Of a stretch of DNA of 56,609 nt, positions 9,891 to 20,228 are shown piece by piece; within the stretch, counting starts at the first letter, position 1, and every line of letters begins with the position of its first letter. The notes below the pieces were generated by a model, which was given only the letters and a program-made list of their open reading frames with translations, ran no database searches and had not been told where the DNA came from. Both the position numbers and the translations under genes were made by a program. The stretch is from an uncultured Clostridium sp. (GTDB taxonomy: Bacteria > Bacillota > Clostridia > TANB77 > CAG-508): the NCBI GenBank assembly GCA_946496575.1, contig CAMMHE010000005.1, positions 1 to 56,609 on the forward strand, in the 5' to 3' direction.

Positions 9891-11207
9891 TTGTTTAAAA
9901 CTATAAAGAACGCATTAAAAACACCAGATGTAAGAAAAAGAGTATTATATACATTATTATTAATAGTGATATTCAGATTAGGATGTTATATAACTGTACC
10001 AGGAGTTGATGTAGTTGCATTAAATAATGCAATGTCAACTACTGGAATCAGTGGTTTTATAAACTTAATTTCAGGTGGAGCATTTTCAAGATTTTCAGTA
10101 TTTGCAATGACAATTACACCATATATAACTGCTTCAATTGTTATACAATTATTAGCAATGATAATACCTTCATTAGAGAAATTAACTAAAGAAGGTGGAG
10201 AAGAAGGAAGAAGAAAAATAAATAAATATACAAAGATTGTTACAATAATATTAGCATTAATTGAGGCAATTGGAATATATTTATCTTATAAGTCTACAGG
10301 AATATTTGTAAATTCTGGATTTATTACGGGTTCACTTGTAGTAGTTTCATTAGTTGCAGGAACATCATTATTAATGTGGCTAGGAGAACAAATTGATACA
10401 AAAGGTATAGGAAATGGAATATCTATCATAATATTTGTAGGTATTATTTCAGGTTTACCATCAGCTTGTGTAACAGTTTGGAATTTAATATTTACTACTG
10501 CTGGATTTAGTACAACAGGTCTAATTTTAGCAATAGCAATAATAATAGGAGCACTTATTTTAGTATCAGGAGTTGTATTTGTGCAACAAGCAGAAAGAAG
10601 AGTTCCTGTACAATATTCTAAAAAAGTTGTAGGAAGAAGGATGGTAGGAGCACAGAATACACATATACCTCTAAAACTAGTAATGGCAGGAGTTATGCCA
10701 GTAATCTTTGCCTCATCATTTATGACATTTCCAGCTATGATAATACAAATATTTGTAAGTGATATAGCAACAAGGACAGGCTTTTTAGCAGGATTATATA
10801 AGTTTTCATTAGCAACATCTTCATCAAGTGTTGGAATAGGCTATTCTATAGCAAATGCAATAGTATATTTATTACTAATTTTAGGATTTACATTTTTCTA
10901 TACTTATGCCACATTTAATCCAGCAGAAGTATCAAATAATATAAAGAAAAATGGAGGATTTATTCCTGGAATAAGAGCAGGAAAGCCAACAACAGATTAT
11001 TTATCTTCAATAATAACAAAATTAACATTATTTGGAGGTTTTTTCTTAGCATTAATTGCAATATTACCAATGTTATTAAGATTTACAACATTAAATGTTT
11101 CATTTGGAGGAACATCAATATTAATTGTAGTAGGTGTAGCATTGGAAACAGTTCAACAATTAGAATCTCAATTAATGATGAGACATTATAAAGGATTTCT
11201 AGAGTAA
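9891..11207 (+). CDS. secY: preprotein translocase subunit SecY (TTG start)
   Basis: 438 aa polytopic protein, RVLYTLLLIVIFRLG, MWLGEQI, GGFIPGIRAGKPT motifs; position after rplO. Confidence 0.97.
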   Translation: MFKTIKNALKTPDVRKRVLYTLLLIVIFRLGCYITVPGVDVVALNNAMSTTGISGFINLISGGAFSRFSVFAMTITPYITASIVIQLLAMIIPSLEKLTKEGGEEGRRKINKYTKIVTIILALIEAIGIYLSYKSTGIFVNSGFITGSLVVVSLVAGTSLLMWLGEQIDTKGIGNGISIIIFVGIISGLPSACVTVWNLIFTTAGFSTTGLILAIAIIIGALILVSGVVFVQQAERRVPVQYSKKVVGRRMVGAQNTHIPLKLVMAGVMPVIFASSFMTFPAMIIQIFVSDIATRTGFLAGLYKFSLATSSSSVGIGYSIANAIVYLLLILGFTFFYTYATFNPAEVSNNIKKNGGFIPGIRAGKPTTDYLSSIITKLTLFGGFFLALIAILPMLLRFTTLNVSFGGTSILIVVGVALETVQQLESQLMMRHYKGFLE

Positions 11208-11226
11208 AGAAGTAAGATATAGCAAA

Positions 11227-11256
11227 AGTTGGAGATTGAAAATGCAATCTCTAACT
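11227..11256 (+). terminator. hairpin after secY (weak or partial terminator)
   Basis: AGTTGGAGATTG-loop-CAATCTCTAACT, 12-bp stem with one G-U pair, followed by TTGTTGTG (poor U-tract). Confidence 0.4.
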
Positions 11257-11361
11257 TTGTTGTGATTAGCAAGAAAGTATCTAAAATTAAAAATAATATG
11301 ACTTTTTAAATATCTATAATATAGGTATTTAAAAAATCATATTAAAAGGAGAGAATGTATT

Positions 11362-12033
11362 ATGTATATTATAATGTTAGGTGCTCAAGGAACTGGTAAA
11401 GGGACAGTTGCAGGATTAATTAGTGAGCAAATGGGATGGCCACAAATATCAACAGGAGACATTTTTAGAAAAAATATAAGTGAACAAACAGAATTAGGAA
11501 TAGAAGCAGATAAATATATATCAAAAGGAAATCTTGTGCCAGATGAAATAACTATACCAATGGTAAAAAATACGCTAAATCAAGAAGATGCTAAAAATGG
11601 AGCAATATTAGATGGCTTTCCAAGAACAATTAATCAAGCAGAAAAATTAGATGAAATTTTATCAGAAAAAGGGAAAAAAGTAGATTTAGTAATAAATTTA
11701 GTTACCCCAAAAGAAGAAATAATAGATAGAATCTTAACAAGAAGAGTATGTACAAATCAAAATTGTAAAGCAACATATAATACAAAATTACATCCACCAA
11801 AAATAGAAGGAATTTGTGATAAATGTGGATCACCTTTAATTCAAAGAGTAGATGATTCAGATCCAGATGCAATAAAAAGAAGATTAGAAATATATGAAGA
11901 AAAGACAAGTCCATTAATAGATTTTTATAATAAAAAAGGTGTATTAAGAACTGAAACAGTAAGTACAGCAATTAATCATTTGGGAAATGATGTAGCAAAT
12001 GAAATAATACAAGGCTTAAAAACAAATAAGTAG
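11362..12033 (+). CDS. adk: adenylate kinase
   Basis: 223 aa, P-loop GAQGTGKGT, GDIFR, Cys-rich lid (C..NC ... CDKCG). Confidence 0.95.
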   Translation: MYIIMLGAQGTGKGTVAGLISEQMGWPQISTGDIFRKNISEQTELGIEADKYISKGNLVPDEITIPMVKNTLNQEDAKNGAILDGFPRTINQAEKLDEILSEKGKKVDLVINLVTPKEEIIDRILTRRVCTNQNCKATYNTKLHPPKIEGICDKCGSPLIQRVDDSDPDAIKRRLEIYEEKTSPLIDFYNKKGVLRTETVSTAINHLGNDVANEIIQGLKTNK

Positions 12034-12044
12034 AGGTAAATAAA

Positions 12045-12815
12045 GTGGTAACAATAAAATCAAAAAAAGAAATAGAATTTATGAGAGAAGCTTGTAAAGT
12101 TGCAGCATTGACTCATAAAGCAATAGAAGAAAATATAAAACCAGGAATAACAACTTGGGAATTAGACCAAATTGCAGAAAAAACTATGAGAAGTCTAGGT
12201 GCTATTCCAGCAGAAAAAAATTATCCATCAGGATTTGATGATGTTCCAAATTTTCCAGCATCTACATGTATTTCAATAAATGACGAAGTGATACATGGAA
12301 TCCCATCAAAAAAGAGATATATAAAAGAAGGAGATATTATAAGTGTAGATTTAGTAGCATTGAAAAATGGATTTAACGGAGATGCGGCAAGAACATATAA
12401 AGTAGGAAAAATATCAAAAGAAGCAGAAAGACTAATAGAAGTAACAAAACAAGCCTTTTTTGAAGGAATAAAATTTGCTAAAAAAGGAAATAGAGTGGGA
12501 GACATATCACATACTATTGGTGAATATGTCAAATCACAAGGATATTCAGTTGTGAAGGAATTTCAAGGACATGGAATAGGAAGGCAAATGCATGAAGAAC
12601 CGGGAATACCAAACTATGGAAAAGCAGGAAAGGGATTGCGCCTAGAACCAGGTATGACTTTAGCAATAGAACCTATGGTAATACAAGGAAAACCAGATAT
12701 ATTAGAATTAGAAGATGGATGGACAATTATTACTGAAGATGGCAGTCTAGCAGCACATTATGAAAATACGATTTTAATTACAGAAAAAGAGCCTGAAATA
12801 TTGACAATTATTTAA
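12045..12815 (+). CDS. map: type I methionine aminopeptidase (GTG start)
   Basis: 256 aa, EVIHGIP, DGWT and HYENTILIT motifs. Confidence 0.95.
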   Translation: MVTIKSKKEIEFMREACKVAALTHKAIEENIKPGITTWELDQIAEKTMRSLGAIPAEKNYPSGFDDVPNFPASTCISINDEVIHGIPSKKRYIKEGDIISVDLVALKNGFNGDAARTYKVGKISKEAERLIEVTKQAFFEGIKFAKKGNRVGDISHTIGEYVKSQGYSVVKEFQGHGIGRQMHEEPGIPNYGKAGKGLRLEPGMTLAIEPMVIQGKPDILELEDGWTIITEDGSLAAHYENTILITEKEPEILTII

Positions 12816-12874
12816 AAATGATGTATACTATATAAGTTAATGGATATAATTGGCAAAAATAGGAGGGGAAAGCT

Positions 12875-13093
12875 TTGTCAAAGGAAGATGTAATAGAAGT
12901 AGAAGGTACAGTTATAGAAACTTTACCAAATACTAATTTTAAAGTAGAACTTGAAAATGGGCATCAAATATTAGCACATATTTCAGGAAAATTAAGAATG
13001 AATTATATAAAAATATTACCAGGAGATAAAGTAAAGGTAGAACTTTCTCCATATGATTTGTCAAGAGGTAGAATTACTTGGAGAGCAAAATAA
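12875..13093 (+). CDS. infA: translation initiation factor IF-1 (TTG start)
   Basis: 72 aa, near-invariant IF-1 sequence ([48 protein letters not shown]). Confidence 0.97.
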   Translation: MSKEDVIEVEGTVIETLPNTNFKVELENGHQILAHISGKLRMNYIKILPGDKVKVELSPYDLSRGRITWRAK

Positions 13094-13173
13094 TAATCAA
13101 ATTCATATAAAAATAAAAGCAATTATAATATACAAAATAAATATATAAAGAAAAAATGCAGGAGGTGCAAAAA

Positions 13174-13287
13174 ATGAAAGTAAGACCATCAGTAAAACCT
13201 ATTTGTGATAAATGCAAAGTAATAAAAAGAAAAGGTGTAATTAGAGTTATCTGTGAAAACCCTAAACACAAGCAAAGACAAGGATAA
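13174..13287 (+). CDS. rpmJ: 50S ribosomal protein L36 (not in the ORF track, 37 aa)
   Basis: ATG 13174 after GGAGGTG RBS; [37 protein letters not shown], stop TAA 13285-13287. Confidence 0.95.
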   Translation: MKVRPSVKPICDKCKVIKRKGVIRVICENPKHKQRQG

Positions 13288-13470
13288 TAAATCCATAGTT
13301 TAGTTGATAACACAATCATGTAGCGGCTGTGAGATAAAATCTCATTTCATGTTTGTGTTTATTATATAGTCTTAAAAATTTAGAGGGGCTGGGGTAAACA
13401 CTAGCAACATTTCACCTTTAGGTTAATAGGACAAACAAAAATAAAAAATATTTTGGAGGTGCAAACAAAA

Positions 13471-13842
13471 ATGGCTCGTATAGCAGGAATAGATTTACCT
13501 AAAGAAAAAAGAGTAGAAGTAGGACTTACTTACATATATGGTATAGGATTAAAAAGTTCTCAAAAAATACTTGCAAAAGCAGAGGTAAATCCAGATACTA
13601 GAGTAAAAGATTTAACTGATGACCAAGTAAATAACATCAGGAAGGTAATTGATGAATCATACAAAGTAGAAGGTGACTTAAGAAGAGAAGTAGCATTAAA
13701 TATAAAAAGATTAACAGAAATTGGTTGCTATAGAGGATTAAGACATAGGAAAAGTCTACCAGTAAGAGGACAAAGAACAAAAACTAATGCTCGTACTAGA
13801 AAAGGTCCAAGAAAACTAGTAAGCAAAAGTAAAAAAGCATAA
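13471..13842 (+). CDS. rpsM: 30S ribosomal protein S13
   Basis: ORF opens at 13453, but ATG 13471 ([10 protein letters not shown]) follows GGAGGTG; typical S13. Confidence 0.96.
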   Translation: MARIAGIDLPKEKRVEVGLTYIYGIGLKSSQKILAKAEVNPDTRVKDLTDDQVNNIRKVIDESYKVEGDLRREVALNIKRLTEIGCYRGLRHRKSLPVRGQRTKTNARTRKGPRKLVSKSKKA

Positions 13843-13934
13843 TAACAAAATTTTAAATTAGAGCAGTAGCAATAGTAAAATTAAAAACGAACAATTTATG
13901 AATAGATTCCAATTTAAGGAGGGAAATAAAAAAA

Positions 13935-14333
13935 ATGGCTAACAAAACTCTAACAAAAAAAACAGTAGCTAGAAGGAATAGAAAAAACATTGAAAAAGGT
14001 GAAGCACATATTCATTCAAGTTTTAATAATACAATAGTTACAATAACAGATACAAGAGGAAATACAATATCATGGGGAAGTGCAGGAGGACTAGGATTTA
14101 AAGGATCTAGAAAAAGTACACCATATGCTGCAGGTGAAGTAGCAGAAAAAGCTGCAAAAGCTGCAATGGAACACGGATTAAAGTCTGTAGAAGTATATGT
14201 TAAAGGTCCAGGTTCAGGTCGTGAAGCTGCAATAAGATCATTACAAGCAGCAGGTCTTGAAATTAGTGCAATTAAAGATGTAACACCAATCCCACATAAT
14301 GGATGTAGACCACCAAAAAGAAGAAGAGTATAG
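13935..14333 (+). CDS. rpsK: 30S ribosomal protein S11
   Basis: 132 aa, [35 protein letters not shown]. Confidence 0.97.
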   Translation: MANKTLTKKTVARRNRKNIEKGEAHIHSSFNNTIVTITDTRGNTISWGSAGGLGFKGSRKSTPYAAGEVAEKAAKAAMEHGLKSVEVYVKGPGSGREAAIRSLQAAGLEISAIKDVTPIPHNGCRPPKRRRV

Positions 14334-14401
14334 AAATATACCAAAATTAATATAAAAATCAAAAAGGTTAACCTAAAATATTAAGAAGGGAGTAATAAAA
14401 A

Positions 14402-15028
14402 ATGGCAAGATATACAGACGAACAATGTCGTATTTGCCGTAGAAATGGAGAGAAATTGTTTTTAAAAGGTTCAAGATGTTATACTGATAAATGCAGTATT
14501 TCAAGAAGAAATTATGCACCAGGACAACATGGACAAAAAAGAGCAAAACTTTCTGAATACGGAACACAATTAAGAGAAAAACAAAAAACAAAAGCATATT
14601 ATGGAGTTGGAGAAAAACAATTTAGAAAATATTTTGAAATGGCTTCAAACAAAAAAGGTGTAACAGGTGAAAACTTATTACAAATATTAGAAAGTAGATT
14701 AGATAATGTTGTATATAGATTAGGATATGGATCATCAAGATCTCAAGCAAGACAACTTGTAAATCATGGTATTTTTTCTGTAAATGGAAAGAGAGTTGAT
14801 ATTCCATCTTACTTGGTAAAAGTAGGAGATGTTATAGCTGTAAGAGAAAATAAAAAAGATACAGGAGCTATAAAAATCAACGTAGAAGAAAATGCAGCTA
14901 GACCAGTTCCAGAATGGTTAGAAAAACAAACAGAAACATTAAGTGGTAAAGTAATTAGACTAGCAGCTAGAGAAGATATAGACATTCCAGTTGAAGAGCA
15001 TTTAATAGTAGAGCTTTACTCTAAATAG
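14402..15028 (+). CDS. rpsD: 30S ribosomal protein S4
   Basis: 208 aa, [22 protein letters not shown]4 RNA-binding domain [13 protein letters not shown]. Confidence 0.97.
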   Translation: MARYTDEQCRICRRNGEKLFLKGSRCYTDKCSISRRNYAPGQHGQKRAKLSEYGTQLREKQKTKAYYGVGEKQFRKYFEMASNKKGVTGENLLQILESRLDNVVYRLGYGSSRSQARQLVNHGIFSVNGKRVDIPSYLVKVGDVIAVRENKKDTGAIKINVEENAARPVPEWLEKQTETLSGKVIRLAAREDIDIPVEEHLIVELYSK

Positions 15029-15051
15029 TTTTTAAAAATTAGGAGGTAAAA

Positions 15052-15999
15052 ATGATAGAATTCGAAAAGCCAAATATTGAATGTCTAGAAGTTGATAATA
15101 CAAATAACTATGCCAAATTTGTATGTGAACCATTAGAAAGAGGATATGGAGTTACAATAGGAAATTCTTTAAGAAGGATTTTATTATCATCATTAACAGG
15201 ATGTGCAATAACAAGTGTAAAAATTGAAGGTGTATTGCATGAATTCTCTAGCATACCAAATGTTGTAGAAGATGTACCAGAAATAATAGTAAACTTAAAA
15301 AGTGTTAGATTAAAATTTGATGAAAATAAAGAAAAAATATTAAAAATTAACTTCAAAGGCGAAGGCGAAGTAACAGCTAGTGATATTGTAACAGATGGAA
15401 CAGTAGAAATACTAAATCCAGATTTACATATAGCGACAGTATCAGAAGGTGGACAATTAGTAATGGAAATGACTGCAGAAATGGGAAGAGGTTATACTCC
15501 TTCTGAAAAAAATAAAAAACCAAATCAAGACATTTCAGTTTTACCAATAGATTCAATTTATACACCAGTTACAAAGGTTAATTATCAAGTTAAAAACACT
15601 AGAGTAGGTCAAATGGTTGACTATGATAAATTAATTATAGAAGTATGGACAGATGGAAGTTTAAAAGCACATGAAGCATTAAGTTTAGCTGCTAAAGTAA
15701 TGACAAGTCACTTAAGTTTATTTATTGATTTATCAGAAGCAACAAAAAATACACAAGTAATGATAGAAAAGGAAGAATCACAAAAAGTAAAAGTATTAGA
15801 AACATCAATTGAAGAATTGGAATTATCTGTGAGATCATTCAACTGCTTAAAGAGAGCAGGTATTGCAACAGTTGAAGATTTAATTAATAAGTCTGAATCA
15901 GATATGATGAAAGTTAGAAATTTAGGGAAAAAGTCATTAGATGAAGTAACTGCAAAACTACATTCATTAGGACTTGATTTCGCTGAAGAAGAAGAATAA
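15052..15999 (+). CDS. rpoA: DNA-directed RNA polymerase subunit alpha
   Basis: 315 aa, [13 protein letters not shown]-terminal domain [17 protein letters not shown]. Confidence 0.97.
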   Translation: MIEFEKPNIECLEVDNTNNYAKFVCEPLERGYGVTIGNSLRRILLSSLTGCAITSVKIEGVLHEFSSIPNVVEDVPEIIVNLKSVRLKFDENKEKILKINFKGEGEVTASDIVTDGTVEILNPDLHIATVSEGGQLVMEMTAEMGRGYTPSEKNKKPNQDISVLPIDSIYTPVTKVNYQVKNTRVGQMVDYDKLIIEVWTDGSLKAHEALSLAAKVMTSHLSLFIDLSEATKNTQVMIEKEESQKVKVLETSIEELELSVRSFNCLKRAGIATVEDLINKSESDMMKVRNLGKKSLDEVTAKLHSLGLDFAEEEE

Positions 16000-16019
16000 A
16001 AAGTTAGGAGGAGAAAAAA

Positions 16020-16544
16020 TTGGCTACAAATAGAAAATTGGGTGTAACTACAGATATAAGAATAGCAATGCTTAAAAATTTAACTACTGATGTAATTATG
16101 CATGGAAAAGTTGAAACTACTGAAGCTAGAGCTAAAGAAGTAAAATCAATAGTAGATAGCTTAATTGCACTTGCAGTAAAAGAAAAAGATAATTTTGAAG
16201 AAGTGCAAGTAAAAGTAGTAAAAGCAAAGTTAGATTCTAAAGGTAATAAAGTAACAGAATTAGTAAAAAGTAAAAATGGAAATGAATATTTAAAAGTAGT
16301 TAAAGAGGAAACAACTGAAAAAAGACAAAAAGATATGCCATCAAGATTAAGTGCAAGAAGAAAAATGATGAGAAAATTAAATAAAGTAAAAGATAGTGAT
16401 GGAAAAAATGTTGATTTACCTGGAAAACTATTTACAGAATTAGCTCCAAAATATGAAGAAAGAGTAGGAGGATATACTCGTATAGTTAAAGTAGGATCTC
16501 GTAGAGGAGATGGAGCAGAAAAGGCCATATTAATGTTAATTTAA
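16020..16544 (+). CDS. rplQ: 50S ribosomal protein L17 with about 55-aa internal insertion (TTG start)
   Basis: 174 aa. Ends match L17 (RKLG ... AMLKNLTTD ... [10 protein letters not shown]; ... [22 protein letters not shown]), but a Lys/Glu-rich block is inserted between them. Confidence 0.93.
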   Translation: MATNRKLGVTTDIRIAMLKNLTTDVIMHGKVETTEARAKEVKSIVDSLIALAVKEKDNFEEVQVKVVKAKLDSKGNKVTELVKSKNGNEYLKVVKEETTEKRQKDMPSRLSARRKMMRKLNKVKDSDGKNVDLPGKLFTELAPKYEERVGGYTRIVKVGSRRGDGAEKAILMLI

Positions 16545-16561
16545 TGAAAATATAAAGAAAG

Positions 16562-16594
16562 ATATCGCATGAAATATATTGCGATATTTTTTTT
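16562..16594 (+). terminator. rho-independent terminator of the alpha operon
   Basis: ATATCGCA-loop-TGCGATAT followed by T7. Confidence 0.8.
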
Positions 16595-16657
16595 AGTAGT
16601 CAAACATCAGAACCAAAATAAATTGTAAGCATATAATATTTATGAGGAGAAGGAGAA

Positions 16658-17014
16658 ATGTTTAATTTTATAGTAAATACTTGTCTTTGGACATTAGCTT
16701 TATATGGACTATTTGAAATAATTAAAAATATAATATATATGTTTACATTTGCTAATTATAAAGAAGATGGCATATACATAATTATTGCAACAAAAAATCA
16801 AGAAACTAAAATAGAATACTTTTTGCGTTCATGTTTATTTAAAATATTTTATGGAAAAGAGGATTACATTAAGGACATAATTATAACTGATTTATGTTCT
16901 AAAGATAAAACACAAGAAATTGAAGAAAAAATTGCTACTAGCATGCAAGGAATAAAAGTAGTTAAATGGAAAGAATGTAAAGACTTTATTGACAATATTG
17001 AGAATAGAGTTTAA
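16658..17014 (+). CDS. small membrane-anchored protein with a truncated GT-A (GT2-like) N-terminal signature
   Basis: 118 aa. N-terminal hydrophobic helix, then IYIIIATKNQE...IEYFLRS ... IIITDLCSKDKTQEI resembling the start of family-2 glycosyltransferases. GGAGAAGGAG RBS. Confidence 0.5.
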   Translation: MFNFIVNTCLWTLALYGLFEIIKNIIYMFTFANYKEDGIYIIIATKNQETKIEYFLRSCLFKIFYGKEDYIKDIIITDLCSKDKTQEIEEKIATSMQGIKVVKWKECKDFIDNIENRV

Positions 17015-17085
17015 ATTAAAAAGGAAAATGACGTTGTCAAACGAAATATTACTGACAATCAATATTGGCTAATTAGCTAACACAT

Positions 17086-17130
17086 AAAGAGGATAGTTTA
17101 AATGGAAACATTTAACTATCCTCTTTATAA
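17086..17130 (+). terminator. hairpin terminator after the 118-aa gene
   Basis: AAAGAGGATAGTTTAAATG-GAAA-CATTTAACTATCCTCTTT, about 18-bp stem with one bulge; modest T-tract. Confidence 0.55.
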
Positions 17131-17194
17131 TTTACTAGTTATAAGCAGTATAAATAGCTTTTTGTATGAAAATTTACATAAATTGGATACTACA

Positions 17195-17223
17195 TTGACT
17201 TTAAAAAACAAATGATGTATAAT
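17195..17223 (+). promoter_or_regulatory. SigA-type promoter
   Basis: TTGACT-17 nt-TATAAT, about 50 nt upstream of the 17272 ORF. Confidence 0.6.
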
Positions 17224-17271
17224 ATAAAAGATTCTATATAAGAAATATAAGTAAAAGGAGAGATTTTTTTT

Positions 17272-18519
17272 ATGGACGACTCCATAGAATTAGGAATAGG
17301 TTTTTTAGCTGGTAGACCTAATGTATGCAAAATAATAAATAGCTACTATAAAGACATATTACATCAAGTAGAAATGTATGAAAAAAAAGTAAATGTTACA
17401 ATATTTATATTGTATGATTTAGAATATCAATTTTCGGACAGAAGTTATTTTTATAACATATTACCAGAAGTTTATGAGAACATAAAAATAAAATACATAA
17501 CACCAGAAGACATAGAAGAAGAAAAAAAAATATTAATATCTAGATTAGGATATTCAAAAGAAGATATAGATATGTTTTTAGGAAGAGGTTATGCTAGGGC
17601 AAGAAACTCTGTTTTATATTTTGCACTTAAAAGACATATGGATTATTTATTTTTTTGGGATGATGATGAATATCCATTAGCAATATATAGAGATGAAAAT
17701 AATAAAATATCGTGGATCAAACAAAAAAATATTTTAGAGCAACTTAGAGCATTAGAAATAGGAGATATTACAAATGGTTGTAGATGTGGCTTTATGGCAC
17801 CTATACCTAATATAAAAGATATAGAACAAATAAAGCAAGAAACATTTAAAACATTTTTAGAAGCTGTTAATACAGATGGAATATCATGGCATTTTTTAGA
17901 AGATATGAAAAATAATGATGGAGGTATAGCATTTGCAGATCAAAAAATTGCTACAGATTTTATCGAACCTAAAGAATGGAAAGGAGTATTATATGCATCA
18001 ACTCTTGGAATAAATTTACGAAACCTAGACAAAGTGCCAGCATTCTATAATCCACCAAAAGCAAGAGGAGAAGATACATTTTTTAATATAGCAATAAAAG
18101 ATGAAGGAACAGCAAAAGTATTAAAAGTAAATTCTTATCATTTTCATGACAGTTTCTTAAAATATACAAAACTAATGGAAGAAAAATATCCAACCAAGTT
18201 ACAGAGAATATCTGTAAAAGAAGGAAAAGAAATTGAAAAAAGATTTTACAACACAGTGCTTGGATGGGTAAAATATAAGCCTTTATATATATATTTAAAA
18301 GATAGAAATAATTATAGAGATATTATAGATGAATGCAAGAAAAAGTTATTAGAGACAACAGATATAATAAATAAAATATTTCCAAATTATGACTTTAATG
18401 TTTTATTAAAAGAATTAGAAAAATATGATAAAGATGTAGAAATACATTATCAAGAATATTTAAGAACAAATCAAATATGGAAAAGCCTAAAGGAAAAAAT
18501 GTTAGCAATAAGTAAATAA
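17272..18519 (+). CDS. putative GT-A fold glycosyltransferase (family unassigned)
   Basis: 415 aa. GYARARNSVLYFALKRHMDYLFFWDDDEYP (DxD-type acidic motif) and ARGEDTFF resemble nucleotide-sugar transferases. No closer match recognised. Confidence 0.5.
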   Translation: MDDSIELGIGFLAGRPNVCKIINSYYKDILHQVEMYEKKVNVTIFILYDLEYQFSDRSYFYNILPEVYENIKIKYITPEDIEEEKKILISRLGYSKEDIDMFLGRGYARARNSVLYFALKRHMDYLFFWDDDEYPLAIYRDENNKISWIKQKNILEQLRALEIGDITNGCRCGFMAPIPNIKDIEQIKQETFKTFLEAVNTDGISWHFLEDMKNNDGGIAFADQKIATDFIEPKEWKGVLYASTLGINLRNLDKVPAFYNPPKARGEDTFFNIAIKDEGTAKVLKVNSYHFHDSFLKYTKLMEEKYPTKLQRISVKEGKEIEKRFYNTVLGWVKYKPLYIYLKDRNNYRDIIDECKKKLLETTDIINKIFPNYDFNVLLKELEKYDKDVEIHYQEYLRTNQIWKSLKEKMLAISK

Positions 18520-18546
18520 AAGGAAATCTTAAAGAGTTTCCTTTTA
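18519..18546. terminator. bidirectional hairpin between convergent genes
   Basis: AAAAGGAAATCT-TAA-AGAGTTTCCTTTT lies between the stops of the convergent 17272 (+) and 18547 (-) genes. Confidence 0.55.
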
Positions 18547-19428
18547 TTATTTGTTATTAAGCTTATCTAATATTTTAAAATATTCAGATATTATTATCTT
18601 CATATTTTCAGAACCACATAATATACAATCCCTTATTTCAGGAATATTAGTTTCTTCATAATCTTTTTGAGTAAAATCATTAACATAGTTTAAGTAATCA
18701 TTTTCTCGATTTTCACCAGTAAAAGTCCATGGTTTTTTAATATATATAAAATGTATAGTCGATATGCCGTCTAATGTATATTCCTGACAATTAATATAAT
18801 ATTCAAGATAAGGAAAAAACACATTGTATTTGTTTTTCATATGTAATTCTTTTTTATTATTCCATTCAGTATCATATTCTTGTAGGATATCTTGATCTCC
18901 AATAGCGTCACGTTTATTTAAAATTGTTTCAATAATTTCTTGAAATCTTTGCATTCTTCCTAATTTTGGTTCTATAACCATAACACCAGAGGTTAATTTA
19001 ATATAGCGAGGTGTTATATTTGGACCATAGTGTTTATCAATAACTGCTGACATATCAGGCATATCAAATAATTCATCTATATTTTTCCTTACATAAATAT
19101 CACTATCAATAAATACAAGCTTTTCAAAGTATGTAAGTTCAAATATAATTAATTTATCAAAAGTATAATTCCATCTAGACTTCTGCATAGAATTATTCTT
19201 ATTTATGATATCTATAGGTAGAGGAATGTGATTTTTTCTAATCGTTTTTATTTGATTAATATTTAATATGTTTTCAGACTCTTTTGAAACGTCATCAGTT
19301 ACCAAAACATATAATGGATATTTAGAATTGACTGAATGTAGACATTTGTTTAAGCATAAGACGCCTAATAAATATGAGTCATTGGACAAAACTGTTATAT
19401 ATGCCTTTTTTTCCATTTTTACCTCCAA
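18547..19428 (-). CDS. family 8 (glycogenin/LgtC-like) glycosyltransferase
   Basis: 293 aa, AYITVLSNDSYLLGVLCL..SL ... YPLYVLVTDDVS and FIDSDIYV (DxD) typical of GT8. Confidence 0.75.
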   Translation of the reverse strand: MEVKMEKKAYITVLSNDSYLLGVLCLNKCLHSVNSKYPLYVLVTDDVSKESENILNINQIKTIRKNHIPLPIDIINKNNSMQKSRWNYTFDKLIIFELTYFEKLVFIDSDIYVRKNIDELFDMPDMSAVIDKHYGPNITPRYIKLTSGVMVIEPKLGRMQRFQEIIETILNKRDAIGDQDILQEYDTEWNNKKELHMKNKYNVFFPYLEYYINCQEYTLDGISTIHFIYIKKPWTFTGENRENDYLNYVNDFTQKDYEETNIPEIRDCILCGSENMKIIISEYFKILDKLNNK

Positions 19429-19641
19429 TTTTAATAGATTTTAACACAAATTGAATATGAAAGCAAGAATTTGTAGAAAATAAGGTGTGGTAATTAAATA
19501 ATTCATCACAAGAAATATCAATATCGTCATTCCAAATTATACCATATCCTCTTATTGAAAGTAAGTTCTTATTATAATACCATAAATGCCAAAGTGCCAT
19601 AGGATTATAATTATTTTCCTATGACACTCTGGCATGAAATG

Positions 19642-19962
19642 TTAGTCTCTTTTCAGATTTGAAAGCCAACCATTACACTCTTCAATTTTAAATAAGATAA
19701 CGGATTCTAGAATTTCTGCATCTTTGCCTTTTAGAATTTGAGATAGCTCTGAAACCAGTTCAGGGTTGGTATTAACTGCAACGCAAAATGCCCTTTCTAA
19801 TTCTGCATTGCTTAATAATAACTCTGCACTTGATGGATATGGTTTTCTGCTTAAGATTTTTTGTATAGTACTTTCTCCTAAATATACAACTCTAGTTACC
19901 CTTCCTTCGCCTGAAATTTCAAAAGTTATGATAGTGTGGTTTGATCCATTATACCATTTCAT
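19642..19962 (-). CDS. hypothetical protein
   Basis: 106-aa ORF with non-low-complexity composition and higher G+C than neighbours; no recognisable family. Confidence 0.45.
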   Translation of the reverse strand: MKWYNGSNHTIITFEISGEGRVTRVVYLGESTIQKILSRKPYPSSAELLLSNAELERAFCVAVNTNPELVSELSQILKGKDAEILESVILFKIEECNGWLSNLKRD

Positions 19963-20228
19963 GTTAAGTCCCCTTTTTGAAAGATTTATAACAATTATAG
20001 CATAATTTTACATGATTTACAAGGTATTATTGAAAAAGAAATCCATTTTAAAGGTGGTATGGATGATGATTATTATTTTTGCAAGTTGGGGATTATAAAA
20101 TAACACTTCAATAGATTTGCAGTATTTAGTATAATATTGTTTAATTATGTTAAATACAAAATTTCTTAAGTATTTTTCTGTATGTATCAAGTAATAATTA
20201 TTATAATACAAATTTAGGAGGAAAAATC

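Noticed and set aside
16004-16528. 174-aa ORF antisense to rplQ, and similar long antisense ORFs (1126-1482, 5836-6279, 14012-14362, 52683-53462, 49627-50073, 27813-28268)
   Set aside because: Each lies exactly opposite a confidently identified gene. They have Leu/Phe/Ile/Ser-rich low-complexity translations typical of the reverse strand of AT-rich (Lys/Glu/Asn-rich) genes, and no RBS.
19379-19600. 73-aa minus-strand ORF (MALWHLWYYNKNLLSIRGYGIIWNDDIDISCDELF...) between the 106-aa gene and the GT8 gene
   Set aside because: It overlaps the GT8 start by 50 nt and has no RBS. It looks like a gene fragment at best, so it is mentioned only as a possible relic in the islet finding.
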